NCBI RefSeq assembly: GCF_001194135.2
Contig: NC_068985.1
Span: 11,205,779 to 11,247,005, forward strand
DNA: 41,227 nt
From: Octopus bimaculoides
Taxonomy: Eukaryota
Reading direction: 5' to 3'
The notes beneath the pieces are model-generated. The model was not told the DNA's origin. It was given only the letters and a program-made list of their open reading frames with translations, and made no database searches. The position numbers and the translations under genes were made by a program. This document shows, in pieces, positions 13,612 to 26,570 of the stretch. Every line of letters begins with the position of its first letter. Position 1 is the stretch's first letter.

Positions 13612-13757
13612 ACGTTCTGAGATCAAATAGTGCCGAGGTCGATTTTGCCTTCCATCATTTCACGGTCGATGAAATTATAGGATTAGAGTTCTAGGGTCAA
13701 TGAAGTCGACTAGCCCCATCCCTAAAAATTTTAGACCCAGTGACTATGGAAGAAAGG
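13612..13757 (+). mobile_element. Old, diverged S1 SINE fragment
   Basis: GTTCTGAGATCAAA, GCCGAGGTCGATTTTGCCTTCCATC and GGTCGATGAAATT resemble the S1 body. Confidence 0.7.
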
Positions 13758-14378
13758 ACGATATGGTACAATTTTATAACCTAGATGAGACTGTGTTTTC
13801 TCGTCTTGTTGCTTACATCCTGAAAAAGAAATTGCATTAAGCAAATCATTTTTTTCTAATACGTTACCAACAAAGACGAATACAGATGTAGGAACAGCAA
13901 GCATATGTATAAGTTTAATGCTCGGAAAAAATGGAAATAAACAGAGAGAGAATGAAAAAAAAACATGTTGAGTTCAATGGTTCAACATATACAGATGCTG
14001 ACTGCTGAAAAGTTATCGAGGGTAGCCGGATTTTAACAATAAGTGTTTAGTTTTCATTTTCATGTTGTTCAGGACATGCAACATTGCTGAACTCCCTCTC
14101 ACAGACACCATCACCAGTTCGGTATGAAAGTGCATCTGGGCAGATCAGAGAAGAAAAAAAACACAACTTCGGTTGCATATACATAAATTATTATTACCGA
14201 AACTCATGAAGAAGCTACTGATTTGAGGGTATTTCTTTATAAAGAACACGCGTAATGCTAAGGTCACCACAAGGATATTCCCGTGTTTGAGATTAGAATA
14301 AATTCAGGACTTCAAACGTAGTGGAAAAAACCGGAGCGCAAACCTTAAGAAAGCGTAATCAATGATACAGGGAAAACC

Positions 14379-15316
14379 AGCGAGCTGGCAGAGTGGTTAG
14401 CACGCCGGGCGAAATGCTTAGCAGTATTTCGTCTGCTGCTACGTTTTGAGTTCAAATTCCGCCGAGGTCGACTTTGCCTTTCATCCTTTCGGGGTCGATA
14501 AATTAAGTATCAGTTGCCNNNNNNNNNNNNNNNNNNNNNNNNNNNNNNNNNNNNNNNNNNNNNNNNNNNNNNNNNNNNNNNNNNNNNNNNNNNNNNNNNN
14601 NNNNNNNNNNNNNNNNNNNNNNNNNNNNNNNNNNNNNNNNNNNNNNNNNNNNNNNNNNNNNNNNNNNNNNNNNNNNNNNNNNNNNNNNNNNNNNNNNNNN
14701 NNNNNNNNNNNNNNNNNNNNNNNNNNNNNNNNNNNNNNNNNNNNNNNNNNNNNNNNNNNNNNNNNNNNNNNNNNNNNNNNNNNNNNNNNNNNNNNNNNNN
14801 NNNNNNNNNNNNNNNNNNNNNNNNNNNNNNNNNNNNNNNNNNNNNNNNNNNNNNNNNNNNNNNNNNNNNNNNNNNNNNNNNNNNNNNNNNNNNNNNNNNN
14901 NNNNNNNNNNNNNNNNNNNNNNNNNNNNNNNNNNNNNNNNNNNNNNNNNNNNNNNNNNNNNNNNNNNNNNNNNNNNNNNNNNNNNNNNNNNNNNNNNNNN
15001 NNNNNNNNNNNNNNNNNNNNNNNNNNNNNNNNNNNNNNNNNNNNNNNNNNNNNNNTTAAGTACCAGTTACGCACTGGGGTCGATGTAATCGACTTAATCC
15101 GTTTGTTTGTCCCCTCTATGTTTAGCCTCTTGCGGGCAATAAAGAAATAGGTATTTCGTCTGCTGCTACGTCTTGAGTTCAAATTCCGCCGAGGTCGACT
15201 TTGCCTTTCATCCTTTCGGGGTCGATAAATTAAGTATCAGTTGCCTACTGGGGTCTATCTAATCAACTGTCCCCGCTCCCCCAAAATTGCGGGCCTTGTG
15301 CCTAAAGTAGAGAAGA
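14379..15316 (+). mobile_element. S1 tRNA-derived SINE cluster (head, gap, tail type A, then 5'-truncated copy with tail type B)
   Basis: Head GAGCTGGCAG..GTTAGCACGCCGGGCG, box B GAGTTCAAATTCC, central TTTCATCCTTTCGGGGTCGATAAATTAAGTA. Resembles the described octopus tRNA-derived SINEs, but I cannot assign the named family. Confidence 0.92.
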
Positions 15317-15604
15317 AGAATACAGGAAAAGTCTTGCTGATCAGAAATATCACTCTAAGTCATTGAATGTGTGACTTGGCAACAGATAGCGTGAATCAAT
15401 ATAGAAAAGCGACATACGCAAAATTAAAAGCGGCATAGATTTCGAGTAAGACTAGTCATTAACCACATGTATTTGCATACAATTGTAAACAGCATCTATA
15501 TACTAATATATATTCACTCATTGTTTAGTGTGTATTAACTGTCTATCTGTCTAGTATATTCAAATTTAGGTTTCGTCTTTTGTTGCCTTAGAGTCCCAAC
15601 AATT

Positions 15605-16021
15605 ATTTCTACTCCAGTCATAAGGCCCGAAAGTTTTGGAAAGGGGAGCAGTCGATTAGATTGAACCAGTACGCAACTGGTATTTAATTTATCGACCCCG
15701 AAAGGATAAAAGGCAAAGTCGACCTCGGTGGAATTTGAACTCAGTACGTAACGGGAGACGAAATGCCGCTAAGCATTCAGCCCGGCATGCTAACGTTTCT
15801 TATTTCTTTAATGCCCACAAGGGGACAAACATAAAGGGGACATGCAAACGGAATAAGTCGATTATATCGACCCCAGTGCGTAACTGGTACTTATTTAATC
15901 GACCCCAAAAGGATGAAAGGCTAAGTCGACCTCGGCGGAATTTGAAATCAGAACGTAACGGCAGACGAAATTCCGCTAAGCATTGCGCCCGTGGGCTAAC
16001 GTTTCTGTCAGCTCGCCGCCT
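15605..16021 (-). mobile_element. S1 SINE dimer (full A-tail copy 16021-15801, then B-tail copy 15800-15605)
   Basis: Reverse-complement match to the S1 copies at 14379-15316. Junction at 15800/15801. Confidence 0.92.
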
Positions 16022-16418
16022 AACTGAATTATAAATATTCTTTCCTACATTACTGCTAAGAGTGACCCCAACTATTATGTTTTTCTAAGATTGTTTGATG
16101 TACAATGTTAACCTTGAACACGCTACTACAACAAAACTGGCAAGCTTGGAGAGGATCTCAGCTTCATTGCGAACTATCTGATCTACCAACAGTGTTTATT
16201 TCGTTATCTGCTACCAGGGGACCTCATGAGTAGACAGACACATGTATACATGCTTGAGACTGTGCGTATGAATATGTGTACCTATTTACGTACGTAACCA
16301 TATGTATATTGTATAGAGCATACATATATAGTACATACATATATAGCATGTACGTATATAATGTATATATGTATGCATGCATGTATTATGTATGTATTTC
16401 TCGGTCTCTCTCTCTTTA

Positions 16419-16493
<75 letters not shown>

Positions 16494-17457
16494 TAATATT
16501 TATATGTGTCTCTAAAGGAGACTACGGCAGCGGTACTGGATATTAATAATTATCGCCAAGCCAACATGGCTGTCCCAAATATAGGACGAATGCTGCCGTG
16601 GATATATATATATATATATATGATAAATAATAGATAGATAAATAGATAGATAGATAGATGCATGTGTACAGTTGTATATAATGATATATCGTAAATGTAG
16701 AAGAAATGCCACATATGCTGCAACAATCTCATTGGTCAGACATCGTGTGATGTCATCGGTGCCCTTTAATTTTTATTATTTTTCTATGCTTCTAATATAT
16801 TTTTCCGATACGCACACGTCCTCCAACACATATACACACATCGTTGTATGCTCAGGTATACATTTTGCATTCGTGTTATGGATAATGATATAATGGAATG
16901 TGATAAGAAAACACTACAAATAATGCACAAACCTCATTGGTCAATTTACGCGTGATGTCATCAATCGCTTTTGTTTATCATTCTATATATTTCGATCTAT
17001 TATGTAGAAGTATTTTCCGTTATTACACACTAACACACACGTGTATTCATATACAAACTCTGAAAGACATAAGCATTATCACATACGCATGTGTATATAG
17101 GTGTGTTTATGTATGAGCATATAAATCAAGTTTGTATGTTTGAGTATATTTTGCTGTGTGCATATACGTATGCAATAGCGGCCATACATATTTGATGATA
17201 ATATTGAAAGCAGCACCGGGGGACATATATCTTCTTGATTACAGTATTTTTTCCCCTTTATGTCTGATAATATTTGCCTTTCATTAATTATTCATTCAGT
17301 TGTCGACGTTGAATATTTATTCTTTCCAACCCCCATTATGAGTCGCTTGTCCGCTCTTTCACCTTTCTCCAATATACTATATTACAACATTGAAACGATT
17401 TTTTATTGTGTTAAATATGTATCGTTTTCATTTCATTCTCACACTATTAGCCATTCC

Positions 17458-17458
<1 letters not shown>

Positions 17459-17541
<83 letters not shown>
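17459..17541. repeat. (AC)n microsatellite
   Basis: Direct reading. Confidence 0.97.
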
Positions 17542-18798
17542 NNNNNNNNNNNNNNNNNNNNNNNNNNNNNNNNNNNNNNNNNNNNNNNNNNNNNNNNNNN
17601 NNNNNNNNNNNNNNNNNNNNNNNNNNNNNNNNNNNNNNNNNNNNNNNNNNNNNNNNNNNNNNNNNNNNNNNNNNNNNNNNNNNNNNNNNNNNNNNNNNNN
17701 NNNNNNNNNNNNNNNNNNNNNNNNNNNNNNNNNNNNNNNNNNNNNNNNNNNNNNNNNNNNNNNNNNNNNNNNNNNNNNNNNNNNNNNCGATCTCTGATAA
17801 CAAGCAGCAGCGGGAATTGTATACAACAAAACACATACCATACATACATACATATATATATATTCATACATATGTAAAACAATTGTTGAGATCCAAGATC
17901 TTTCGCAACTGTTATATTGTTATATATATATAACCTCCAAAACACACATACACAAACTCATACGTTTGCGTGTTCGGCCGTCATTTTTATTTTTTATTTT
18001 TTGCTCCTTTTTCTATTTCACCTTTGTTACAGAGTCTATTCTTGCTTGTTTAACCCTTGTTCGTATTTCTTTCTTTCTTACATTTTTTGCTTCTATGATT
18101 GTTTATTTTTTTACGTATTTGCGTCCTTTTTATCGCCTGTTATATCTTTCCGATGTTAAATCTCATTTAATAGCATTCTATACCCGTAACCTTTAAGCTT
18201 GGCTTTCGACGAGGTATCTTCGTGTACAACACCATTGTAATTTTGTCATCGCTTCCATTACATTCGAGATCGGAAATTCCATGGCCGTATTGCAATCTAG
18301 CTTAATGAACTTAGAGAATTATTACAAATTATTTTATATATAAAATTTTAGAAATTTTTACTATCAGTGGCCTAGCGTGAAGAAAAATTAGTCAATAGGC
18401 TATATATTATTCATAAAAATACAGTGTACATTTAAACACATAGGAGGTATCCTTCATGGGATACCTGGCACGCTAGAATGAATAGCCAAAATCCAAACCA
18501 CCATAAGGGATAAATTTCGAAGTGTATGAAAAATAAAAACATTTACCATCTACCTCCTGGACCATGGTTTCTGACTTTATATTAGCAAATAAAATAATTT
18601 GCTTGGTGAAGTCTTCATCAACAGGTAGGATTAGATTAAACATATAAATATTTTGATAATTGATATTTTCTTAAAATGTCCTTTTAATTTCTTTTGGTAG
18701 TATAATGGTATAGCATATAGCCTATGGCAATAGTGGTTATTTTGTTATTTTTTTTTAATGTTCTATTATATTCTAAATATGATTAGTGTTTTTCTGTT

Positions 18799-18913
18799 CT
18801 AAATTTCCCCAAGACACCTGATGAAGGCTGGAGAGTATATCAGACGAAACGTTGTGTTAACAACAAACAAGATGAGGACAAATATCCGTTAAACGTAAAT
18901 AATGTAAATAATG
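18799..18913 (+). mobile_element. Family A element, 5'-truncated insertion with 15-bp TSD
   Basis: TAGTGTTTTTCTGTT occurs at 18784-18798 and 18914-18928. The interior matches 1465-1553. Confidence 0.88.
18813..18858 (+). ncRNA. Minimal type I hammerhead ribozyme (family A)
   Basis: GACAC-CTGATGA-A-GGCTG[GAGAGTATAT]CAGAC-GAAAC-GTT-GTGTT. Stem I is GACAC/GTGTT, stem III is the palindrome AACGTT, and stem II has one mismatch. Confidence 0.75.
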
Positions 18914-20029
18914 TAGTGTTTTTCTGTTTCAAATTTTCCGAATTGTAGGAATGCCTTGCTTTTATGCTTACATGATATAATAGCTTGAGAATATTTATTA
19001 ATTGTTTTTACTGCATACACAAATAACAAAATAAGTCCAACATCACTCCGTACGCCTCCATCTTCTTATAACCTTCATACCTTCCTCTCTGTCCCCTACC
19101 TTCTACTCCTTCCCACCAAATACTCGCAGATATGCACACATACCCCAATCAACATTTTCACTGGTCAAAATTGATAAACAGCCCTCAGTTACACATCGGT
19201 TAATACGATATCGCGCGAAGAAATGAATTCGTGGACATGGTCTACCTGATGTCCATGGATACTACAGATTGTACTGCACTCATCTCAGGAATACAGACTA
19301 TGATCTTAAGAAACATACGTTTCGTGGAAACGCGTGTAGCGATACATTAAAGTATTTATAGATTCCATCCAATGATTATTATCATTACTATTATATTTAT
19401 CATACATTATATCGGTACGGCTCGGTGCGACCCCAAGAATTTGGTATTGCCAGTTGGTTTCATTAGGCCGTAATCCACATAATAAAACTGTAAACGAATT
19501 TAAAGGGCACAAACACGTCACTAAAGTGACAGCGGGCACTAATCAGCACCAGTATTGCTAGACATAAGAGTCAAAACAACTCAATAGCCACAGAGCGCAC
19601 TATCTTAATGACTGACAAAGGCGGCAAACTCCCTGTAGCAGCAGATATAGCCAGATCATCGATGGATTTGCATTTTGATCCTTGTACATCTTAATGCTCA
19701 TTTGTGGCTCTCGCTGCTGATCAGTGCCTTTTATCACTTTATTGACATATAATCTCTACCTATGGGTTGTAAAACTGCGAATTAGCCAGATTATAAATAT
19801 GTGTATGTGTGTGTCTGTGTGTTTGTTAGGTTGAACATGATTCGGGTATTTTTCAATACTTACGATGAACTGTAGATTGATTCTACATTCGAATCTTTTT
19901 CTTTGTTGATTACTTAATGCCACTGTGGTTTCGGTTGTAAAGATGTATCCATTTAAAATTAATTTAGATCGGACCCATATTAGAAACTGAAAAGTATATG
20001 AACTCTTAAGCAATGCTAGCGGAAAGAAT

Positions 20030-20784
20030 TATTCAATTTGTCTATGGAAACAAAACCTTTAGCATTTGGACAAATCAACGATAGTTTGCTCCTTATCATC
20101 TAATATCCTCATCATCTAACCGCTTTTCAGTATATTCAAAGAGTTACTCTTGGCTTACTCTTGGCTTAACTGCCTAGAATTATCACTGTAGACGAAACTT
20201 TTGTTCTCCATAAACGACAATTGTAATCACAGAATGCAAAAGGAGAAAGCATAATCGAACAAGGAAGGCATTCGAAAAATGTTATATTCTTTGTTTCGTA
20301 GGTTATGATGGGTGTCGTCTGACAAAGTTTTAAACCAAAGTGAAACAGGTATTCGGAGAATTATTTTCGTCAATTGGAAGCATTGCAAAATAATTTGCTT
20401 AAAAAGTGCCGTAAAGTAGTGTTGGGCTTAAATGAAAATGCGAAACCCGGTATTGCCTAAGTCTTTCAGGAAACGATTATGGCAATAAATATGGAGTTTA
20501 GCTTCACCCATCTTGCGCCGTCTGACTCATCTTTTCAGATCATTGAAACATTGTTTTGATGGAAAAGGATTTAATAATTGTATAGCTTTTAAAAATGATA
20601 TTGATATTTCTTTGCTTGAAAACCGGAAGAATTATACGCCCGAGGGACCAACAATTTCCCAAGGAGATGGGATTATGCTATCAATATGAAGGGAAAATAT
20701 TATGATTAAATATATTAATTATGGTCGGGGAAATGTTTACTTATTTCCCAACTTGAAATGTGAGATTTTCTTTCCGACCTCATA
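20030..20784 (+). mobile_element. Decayed mariner (Tc1/mariner) transposon
   Basis: Manual translation across frameshifts gives RIITVDET, NENAKP (for HDNARP), LAPSD-HLFRSLKHCFDGKGF and RGTNNFPRRWDYAINMKGKYYD*. Putative right end ...TTTCCGACCTCATA. Left end not found. Confidence 0.8.
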
Positions 20785-21229
20785 AAAATATGTATGCATT
20801 TCTGCTTGGCAAAAGTTATGCATAAACAGATAACGAGTTTAACTATTTCTTCGCATTCAATGGCACTCTACAATTTTCAGTATTCAGCTCTTGTAAAAGC
20901 ATTTTGTTTTGTGTTTTGAAAATCTTATGATCCTACGCCGCATTCTAGAATAGTTCCATTTCTTACTTTAGACACTTTTCATTCATGCCTGTGAATTTTA
21001 CCTATCTAATTTGGTTGTTTCATGTATTTTTCTTCGATTAATCCTATGCCTTCAAAACTACCAATCATTTCATCATTTATTTTCAATTTGTCATTCCTTA
21101 GACAAAAATCAATTGTCCACTTGTTTTTTAATTTTTATTTATTTAGTTTGCTAGATATTTCTTGTGTGTACATAGTGAATATTATATCATTTTCCTGTCG
21201 CATAATAACCATATTTCCTTCTTTTCGTG

Positions 21230-22600
21230 ATGTAATTTTTAAAGTTATATTTCATAAGCTTGCTCACAGTGCATCGGAAATCATGGCCGGTCAAGACTGT
21301 TCCGGCTCTTCCACTTGGTGGCCAGCTAGGCTGAGAACCCCTACTCATACTTCCACGTAGAGGGGAAAATCAGTAGCTGGAGAACAACCTGACGAGCTAG
21401 CGTCGAATAGGAGAAGACCATGCTTAGCCAGAAGTTTATAGGAGAGCATTCTTCGTGCTTCGTCTTCGCTGTCTCGTCAGCCTGGGTATGTATGAATTCC
21501 TCTTGTTCCCCAGTCCCGACAGGCAACTCGGCTGGATCAACGGAGAATGGATTGGCGATGTAGCCTCGACATGTCACGTTCGGGAAGTAATGCATCAACT
21601 CAATCTTCAGCAACGAGAAGTGACGGACAATTTTGGGGGCAAATTCATCATTGGGCTCGCTGTAGTCAGGAGTTCGAACATTCCGTAGCGTTTGCTCTCC
21701 AAGTTCTTCAACCACAGATCCAACTTCCGAACAAACGCTCCCAGCTTTGAGATGAACTCTGTGACAGTGCAGATAGACCCTTAAAACGACAGGTTTAAGT
21801 GGCTCAGGGCTACAAAAATGTCCGACAGGTAGGCCAACCTTTAGATAAACTCCTGTAGATCTTTTTGAAAATCGTGTTCCTTCTCCGTGAAGAAAACAAG
21901 AAGTTCATCTCTCAGTAGAAAGAGACACCTCGTCGCATTACCCTGGGGGAACCACCGAGCCTCTGTGTGGTAGAAGAGACAGATGTGGTCGGAGCCGAAA
22001 AATTCGCAAAGCAGCTTCAACAGCCGAGTATTTAGAGCCGACGTTTTGATATTCACGATCCTGGTAATTCGGTTCAAGAATGATAAAAACTTCGGAGGGA
22101 GCACCTGAACACAAAGGGCGAAAGAAGCAAACTGTTGCCAGATTACATAGTGTAAGGCAATAAAATTTGTGGAGAATATACTGATTTGTAATGGTATGCC
22201 TGCCTCGCTATCCCCCAGTCAGCCTCTACCCAGCTCAGAGATAAAAGACGCGCACCAGAAACCAAGCAACAGCTGTCGTTTATTAATGAGCACATGGCGC
22301 ATTTTATACGCGCGTCTCCTCAAGGTCACGCAGCATCCTGCCATACTCAAGGATATGCGCATTGATTGGACGGCGCTGATCACTGTACAGAGAGCGAATA
22401 ATAGGCAACCAATGGTATGCAAATAATCGAAAAGTACTGATTACTGGTTGATTAATTTGGAAAGCATTAATTACATGCTGGGCGAATATTGGAAACGGTA
22501 CAAACTAATAATCGCATATTACACCAAAAGTGCTCGCGTACCGTCTGGAAATCCCTCGCGTACCACTAGTGGTACGCGTACTACAGGTTGGAAACCACTG
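21230..22600 (-). mobile_element. Decayed Buster/Charlie-type hAT transposon
   Basis: IKTSALNTRLLKLLCE...YHTEARW, plus the dimerisation-domain pattern FW...YSTLARQ...FPSTWKYE*GFS. Terminus CAGTGGTTTCCAACC (minus strand) at 22600-22586. Other terminus not found. Confidence 0.88.
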
Positions 22601-22807
22601 CATTAGAATAGCTAGAAAGGTGACACCTTTATATTTATTCTGTTATATTAACCTCATGTATTTAAAAGATTATTTCTTAATCCCTTCAGTTGTGAATTTT
22701 GTACCCACACCAGCTCTTAAATTCGTAAATATCTGTAGGTTTATGTTCAGTGTAATTCTCTTATCGCAGATTCTTTACGTAGCGTGATGTTACTCTTTTA
22801 CTATTTT

Positions 22808-22879
22808 ATTTGTTTCAATCATTTCACTGCGGCCATGCTGGAGCATCATCTTTAGTAGAACAAATCGACCCCAGGACTT
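22808..22879 (-). mobile_element. S2 SINE 3' end, running into a gap
   Basis: TTGTTTCAATCATTTCACTGCGGCCATGCTGGAGC matches 35229-35265. Confidence 0.85.
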
Positions 22880-23749
22880 NNNNNNNNNNNNNNNNNNNNN
22901 NNNNNNNNNNNNNNNNNNNNNNNNNNNNNNNNNNNNNNNNNNNNNNNNNNNNNNNNNNNNNNNNNNNNNNNNNNNNNNNNNNNNNNNNNNNNNNNNNNNN
23001 NNNNNNNNNNNNNNNNNNNNNNNNNNNNNNNNNNNNNNNNNNNNNNNNNNNNNNNNNNNNNNNNNNNNNNNNNNNNNNNNNNNNNNNNNNNNNNNNNNNN
23101 NNNNNNNNNNNNNNNNNNNNNNNNNNNNNNNNNNNNNNNNNNNNNNNNNNNNNNNNNNNNNNNNNNNNNNNNNNNNNNNNNNNNNNNNNNNNNNNNNNNN
23201 NNNNNNNNNNNNNNNNNNNNNNNNNNNNNNNNNNNNNNNNNNNNNNNNNNNNNNNNNNNNNNNNNNNNNNNNNNNNNNNNNNNNNNNNNNNNNNNNNNNN
23301 NNNNNNNNNNNNNNNNNNNNNNNNNNNNNNNNNNNNNNNNNNNNNNNNNNNNNNNNNNNNNNNNNNNNNNNNNNNNNNNNNNNNNNNNNNNNNNNNNNNN
23401 NNNNNNNNNNNNNNNNNNNNNNNNNNNNNNNNNNNNNNNNNNNNNNNNNNNNNNNNNNNNNNNNNNNNNNNNNNNNNNNNNNNNNNNNNNNNNNNNNNNN
23501 NNNNNNNNNNNNNNTGTACAATTTTTCAAATATTTTTACTCTAAAAATTTTGTAGATTGTAGAAAAAGGTTTGAGTTCATATTTTTTCCAGTTTGTTTGT
23601 TCTATAGTTTTGAAAATGAAGCTGTTCTTCGTACAATGAACCAGTTTTTGCTTCCTGTTCAATCTATAGCATCTTAAATATCTCTGCTGGCATAAAAAAA
23701 AATTCATAATTAAAAATTTAAAACTCAATTTGAAATTTTACCTCGTACT

Positions 23750-24500
23750 TCTGTCTTCCAGGTGTTGATGTAAAATTCTTTTTATTTGATCATTTATTTT
23801 GGCATCAAATATCGTCTTTTATTACGTTTCAAAGACTCTGTTGTTTTGAAGAGTCTCGTCCGTGGTAGGTCTGTCATTTCGTTATACATACTCCCCTCCA
23901 AATAATTTCTTTTCTTTGATATAACTTATATTGATTTCTACTTTTTGACAAGAATTTGATAAATAATTTTGCACTGGAGTCAAACTGTTGATTTTGTTCA
24001 ATAATTGTTAGTCGTTTTTCATGCCGTCGCTGTCTTTGAAATTTAGCGAAGATCTCTTGTTTCAGGCGTTGTTAGATATCGGTTACATTCTTTTTTCTTT
24101 TTCCATTGTGATGTTATATTTCCGTTGTATTTGTTTCTCCCTTCACTTATCAGTTATGTCGTCTCGTTATTGATCTCTTTGAGAATTGACAGATATATCC
24201 TCTGATTTTTCTTTTATCTTACACTGTATATATATGTTTTTCAGTATTATTTGCTTTTATTTTGTTATTTTTTCTATGAGATCTGAGCGATTACGCATTT
24301 CTCTTTATAACAACTGTTGCTGTTGCATATATTATTTCAATTAGCCTGTTGCTATTGACATTCGTGCTTGTGATAATTGGGTCTCTCATGACCGGACTAG
24401 CATATTTCTTTTTATTGTTGCATCTTTATTGTTGAAATTTACCCTTGGGAAATGCAACCGTTGGTTCACAGTGTTTATATTTCTTATAATATTACAACCT
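23750..24500 (-). mobile_element. REL non-LTR retrotransposon N-terminal fragment (old)
   Basis: Minus-strand QRLKQEIFAKFQRQRRHEKR...QNQQF parallels TLKQHVRAKALKAERY...QSQLF at 25400-25500. Boundaries are approximate. Confidence 0.55.
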
Positions 24501-24684
24501 AGAGATTGTCATCATCATCACAACTAACTTTAGAATTCTCCATTCTCTAACCACCTTAATATTCAATATCCTCTTTTATCTATATTGTTCACGCTCGTTT
24601 TCCATTGACAAATGTTTTACACTTGTTCTAGGGTTTGGATTTCTTGTATTATTATTTTTTTCCCTTTAATCGCGCTTCAAATTC

Positions 24685-24812
24685 GATTCGTACTTCATAT
24701 TCATATTAAATTTGTACTTCATATTCATATCCGATTCGAACTACATATTCATATCGGATTTGTGCTTTATATTCATTTTCCATTCGTACTTCATATTCAT
24801 ATCCGATTCGTA
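24685..24812. repeat. 24-bp minisatellite, ~5.3 units
   Basis: Unit approximately GATTCGTACTTCATATTCATATCC, starting at 24685, 24709, 24733, 24757 and 24781. Confidence 0.92.
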
Positions 24813-24813
24813 A

Positions 24814-24881
<68 letters not shown>

Positions 24882-24889
24882 TTACTCTT

Positions 24890-24934
<45 letters not shown>

Positions 24935-25033
24935 TTATTATTATTCTGCTTCTACTACTACTACTATTCTTCTTCTACTGCTACTACTACTATTCTTCTT
25001 CTTCTGCTACTACTACTACTACTACTACTACTG

Positions 25034-25105
<72 letters not shown>

Positions 25106-25128
25106 TTACTACTACTATACTAATAATT
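24813..25128. repeat. Compound (TAC)n/(TAT)n/(TTC)n microsatellite
   Basis: Direct reading. Confidence 0.95.
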
Positions 25129-25134
25129 GTCGTC

Positions 25135-25255
25135 CTCTCTACTATTGAAATCTTGGTTGTAGGAGTGGTTTAGCCGAATGCATCGATGATTATTCTCACC
25201 GAGCCATATTGGTCCCGAAAGGATAAAGATCAAAGTCTACCTCGGCGGAATCCAA
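25135..25255 (-). mobile_element. Diverged S1 SINE fragment
   Basis: CCCGAAAGGATAAAGATCAAAGTCTACCTCGGCGGAAT. Confidence 0.7.
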
Positions 25256-25261
25256 AGTCCA

Positions 25262-26570
25262 CTCAGCACTGAGATTGTGCGAAAATTCTTGCCTTCAGAT
25301 ATTATTCCAAAATTGATGCGTTTCTTCTACCTCAGGAGGTATATTATCATCTGTATTTCCTCCTAAGCCCTTAAAAAACTGCCTCTGGTTATTTGAGAAT
25401 AACTGGCTTTGCTCCAACTGCAATATGTGATCAGTGTAGCGCTCCGCCTTAAGTGCTTTAGCCCGCACATGTTGTTTTAGGGTTTGGATAACAGGTTTCA
25501 ATCCTTTCTTTTCTATATGGTACTTCGCTTCAAGATATGCCCTTGCATTTTCTTTTCCATTGCCCTTTGGACCACTCTTCTATGCGGCTCAGATCTTTAC
25601 GCAAAGTTCAAATATCGCCTTCAATTCTTCGCTTCCACCATAGTTCCTTCTGTCCCCCTACTTTCCTCCCTTACTTTCCAACCAGTTCACCTATTAAAAT
25701 TGAAGCGGATCTGATCAAGTCCCTTGTTTCTATTAGATCTTTTGTCAGAATATATCTCAGAATCTCATTAATTTTTTGGGTCGCGCGTTTCACATTGTTA
25801 CGGTCGAAGGTTCTTAGATTCACCGGTTTGGTCTCTGTTCTTGTAATTATTATATCCCAAGTCTTTTTCTGAGGTTTCTCTGTTCCTCTGTCATACCCTC
25901 CCTTATTTCAGGGTTTTCTACATTGTCTTGATTGGCCAACCTCTCCTCCAGTACAACCTCACCTTGGCTGCGCATTCGCTGATTTTTACCTACGTTATTC
26001 TCGTCGAGATTTTCACCACTACAGAAGCTTTTCCAGATTGTCTCAATCTGGGCCTCATTAAGGAACCCTCTATTTCTAATTAATTTTATCTGATTCATAA
26101 GTCCATTTTTAGTAATCTGGAGCATACCCAGCTGGTTCCAAAGTTCTAATGATCTTTTTCCGACAGCTTTACATTTACCATTATTCTGGTCTAGCAAGGC
26201 TTGTTCATGGCACTGGATCGCCTTTTTGTTTCATATAAAGCAACCACTTGAGTTTGCGAGCAACTGGAATAATTTGACCAGTACAAGGACTATGTCTTGT
26301 ACTATGACTAGCAGTTGTTGGATTACGACCGGGCCCACCCTGGTGCATAGTGTGGCACCTGCTGAGTGTGCACCTTCGCCATTGGTTCTAGTTCCGCTCA
26401 CACCGTTATTGTCATTTATCTTCCTTAGCATTTTCGCTCACAAACAAGGTGTGTTTTTAGGTTACTACCAACCGGTATTTTTATTGAGACACCATTTCTA
26501 TCAAGGTAGTCCGCCAAGGCGGCAGGGTCCTTGCTCCCTTTGTTTTGGGCTTGGAGTGTTCCTTCTCCTA
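25262..26570 (-). mobile_element. R4/Dong-type element 5' portion (5' UTR and ORF N-terminus, no RT)
   Basis: KRSLELWNQLGMLQITKNGLMNQIKLIRNRGFLNEAQIE and QSQLFSNNQRQFFK...EETHQFWNNI, typical of R4-clade N-terminal regions. Confidence 0.78.

Noticed and set aside
19540-19740. Higher-complexity stretch that might be a conserved non-coding element
   Set aside because: No motif, frame or repeat I can support without cross-species alignment.
22557-22578. Perfect 22-bp palindrome CGCGTACCACTAGTGGTACGCG
   Set aside because: It lies in the subterminal region of the hAT element, where short palindromes and repeats are expected.
24612-25148. ORF with 8-aa repeats (IRFVLHIH)
   Set aside because: An in-frame reading of a 24-bp minisatellite followed by trinucleotide repeats.
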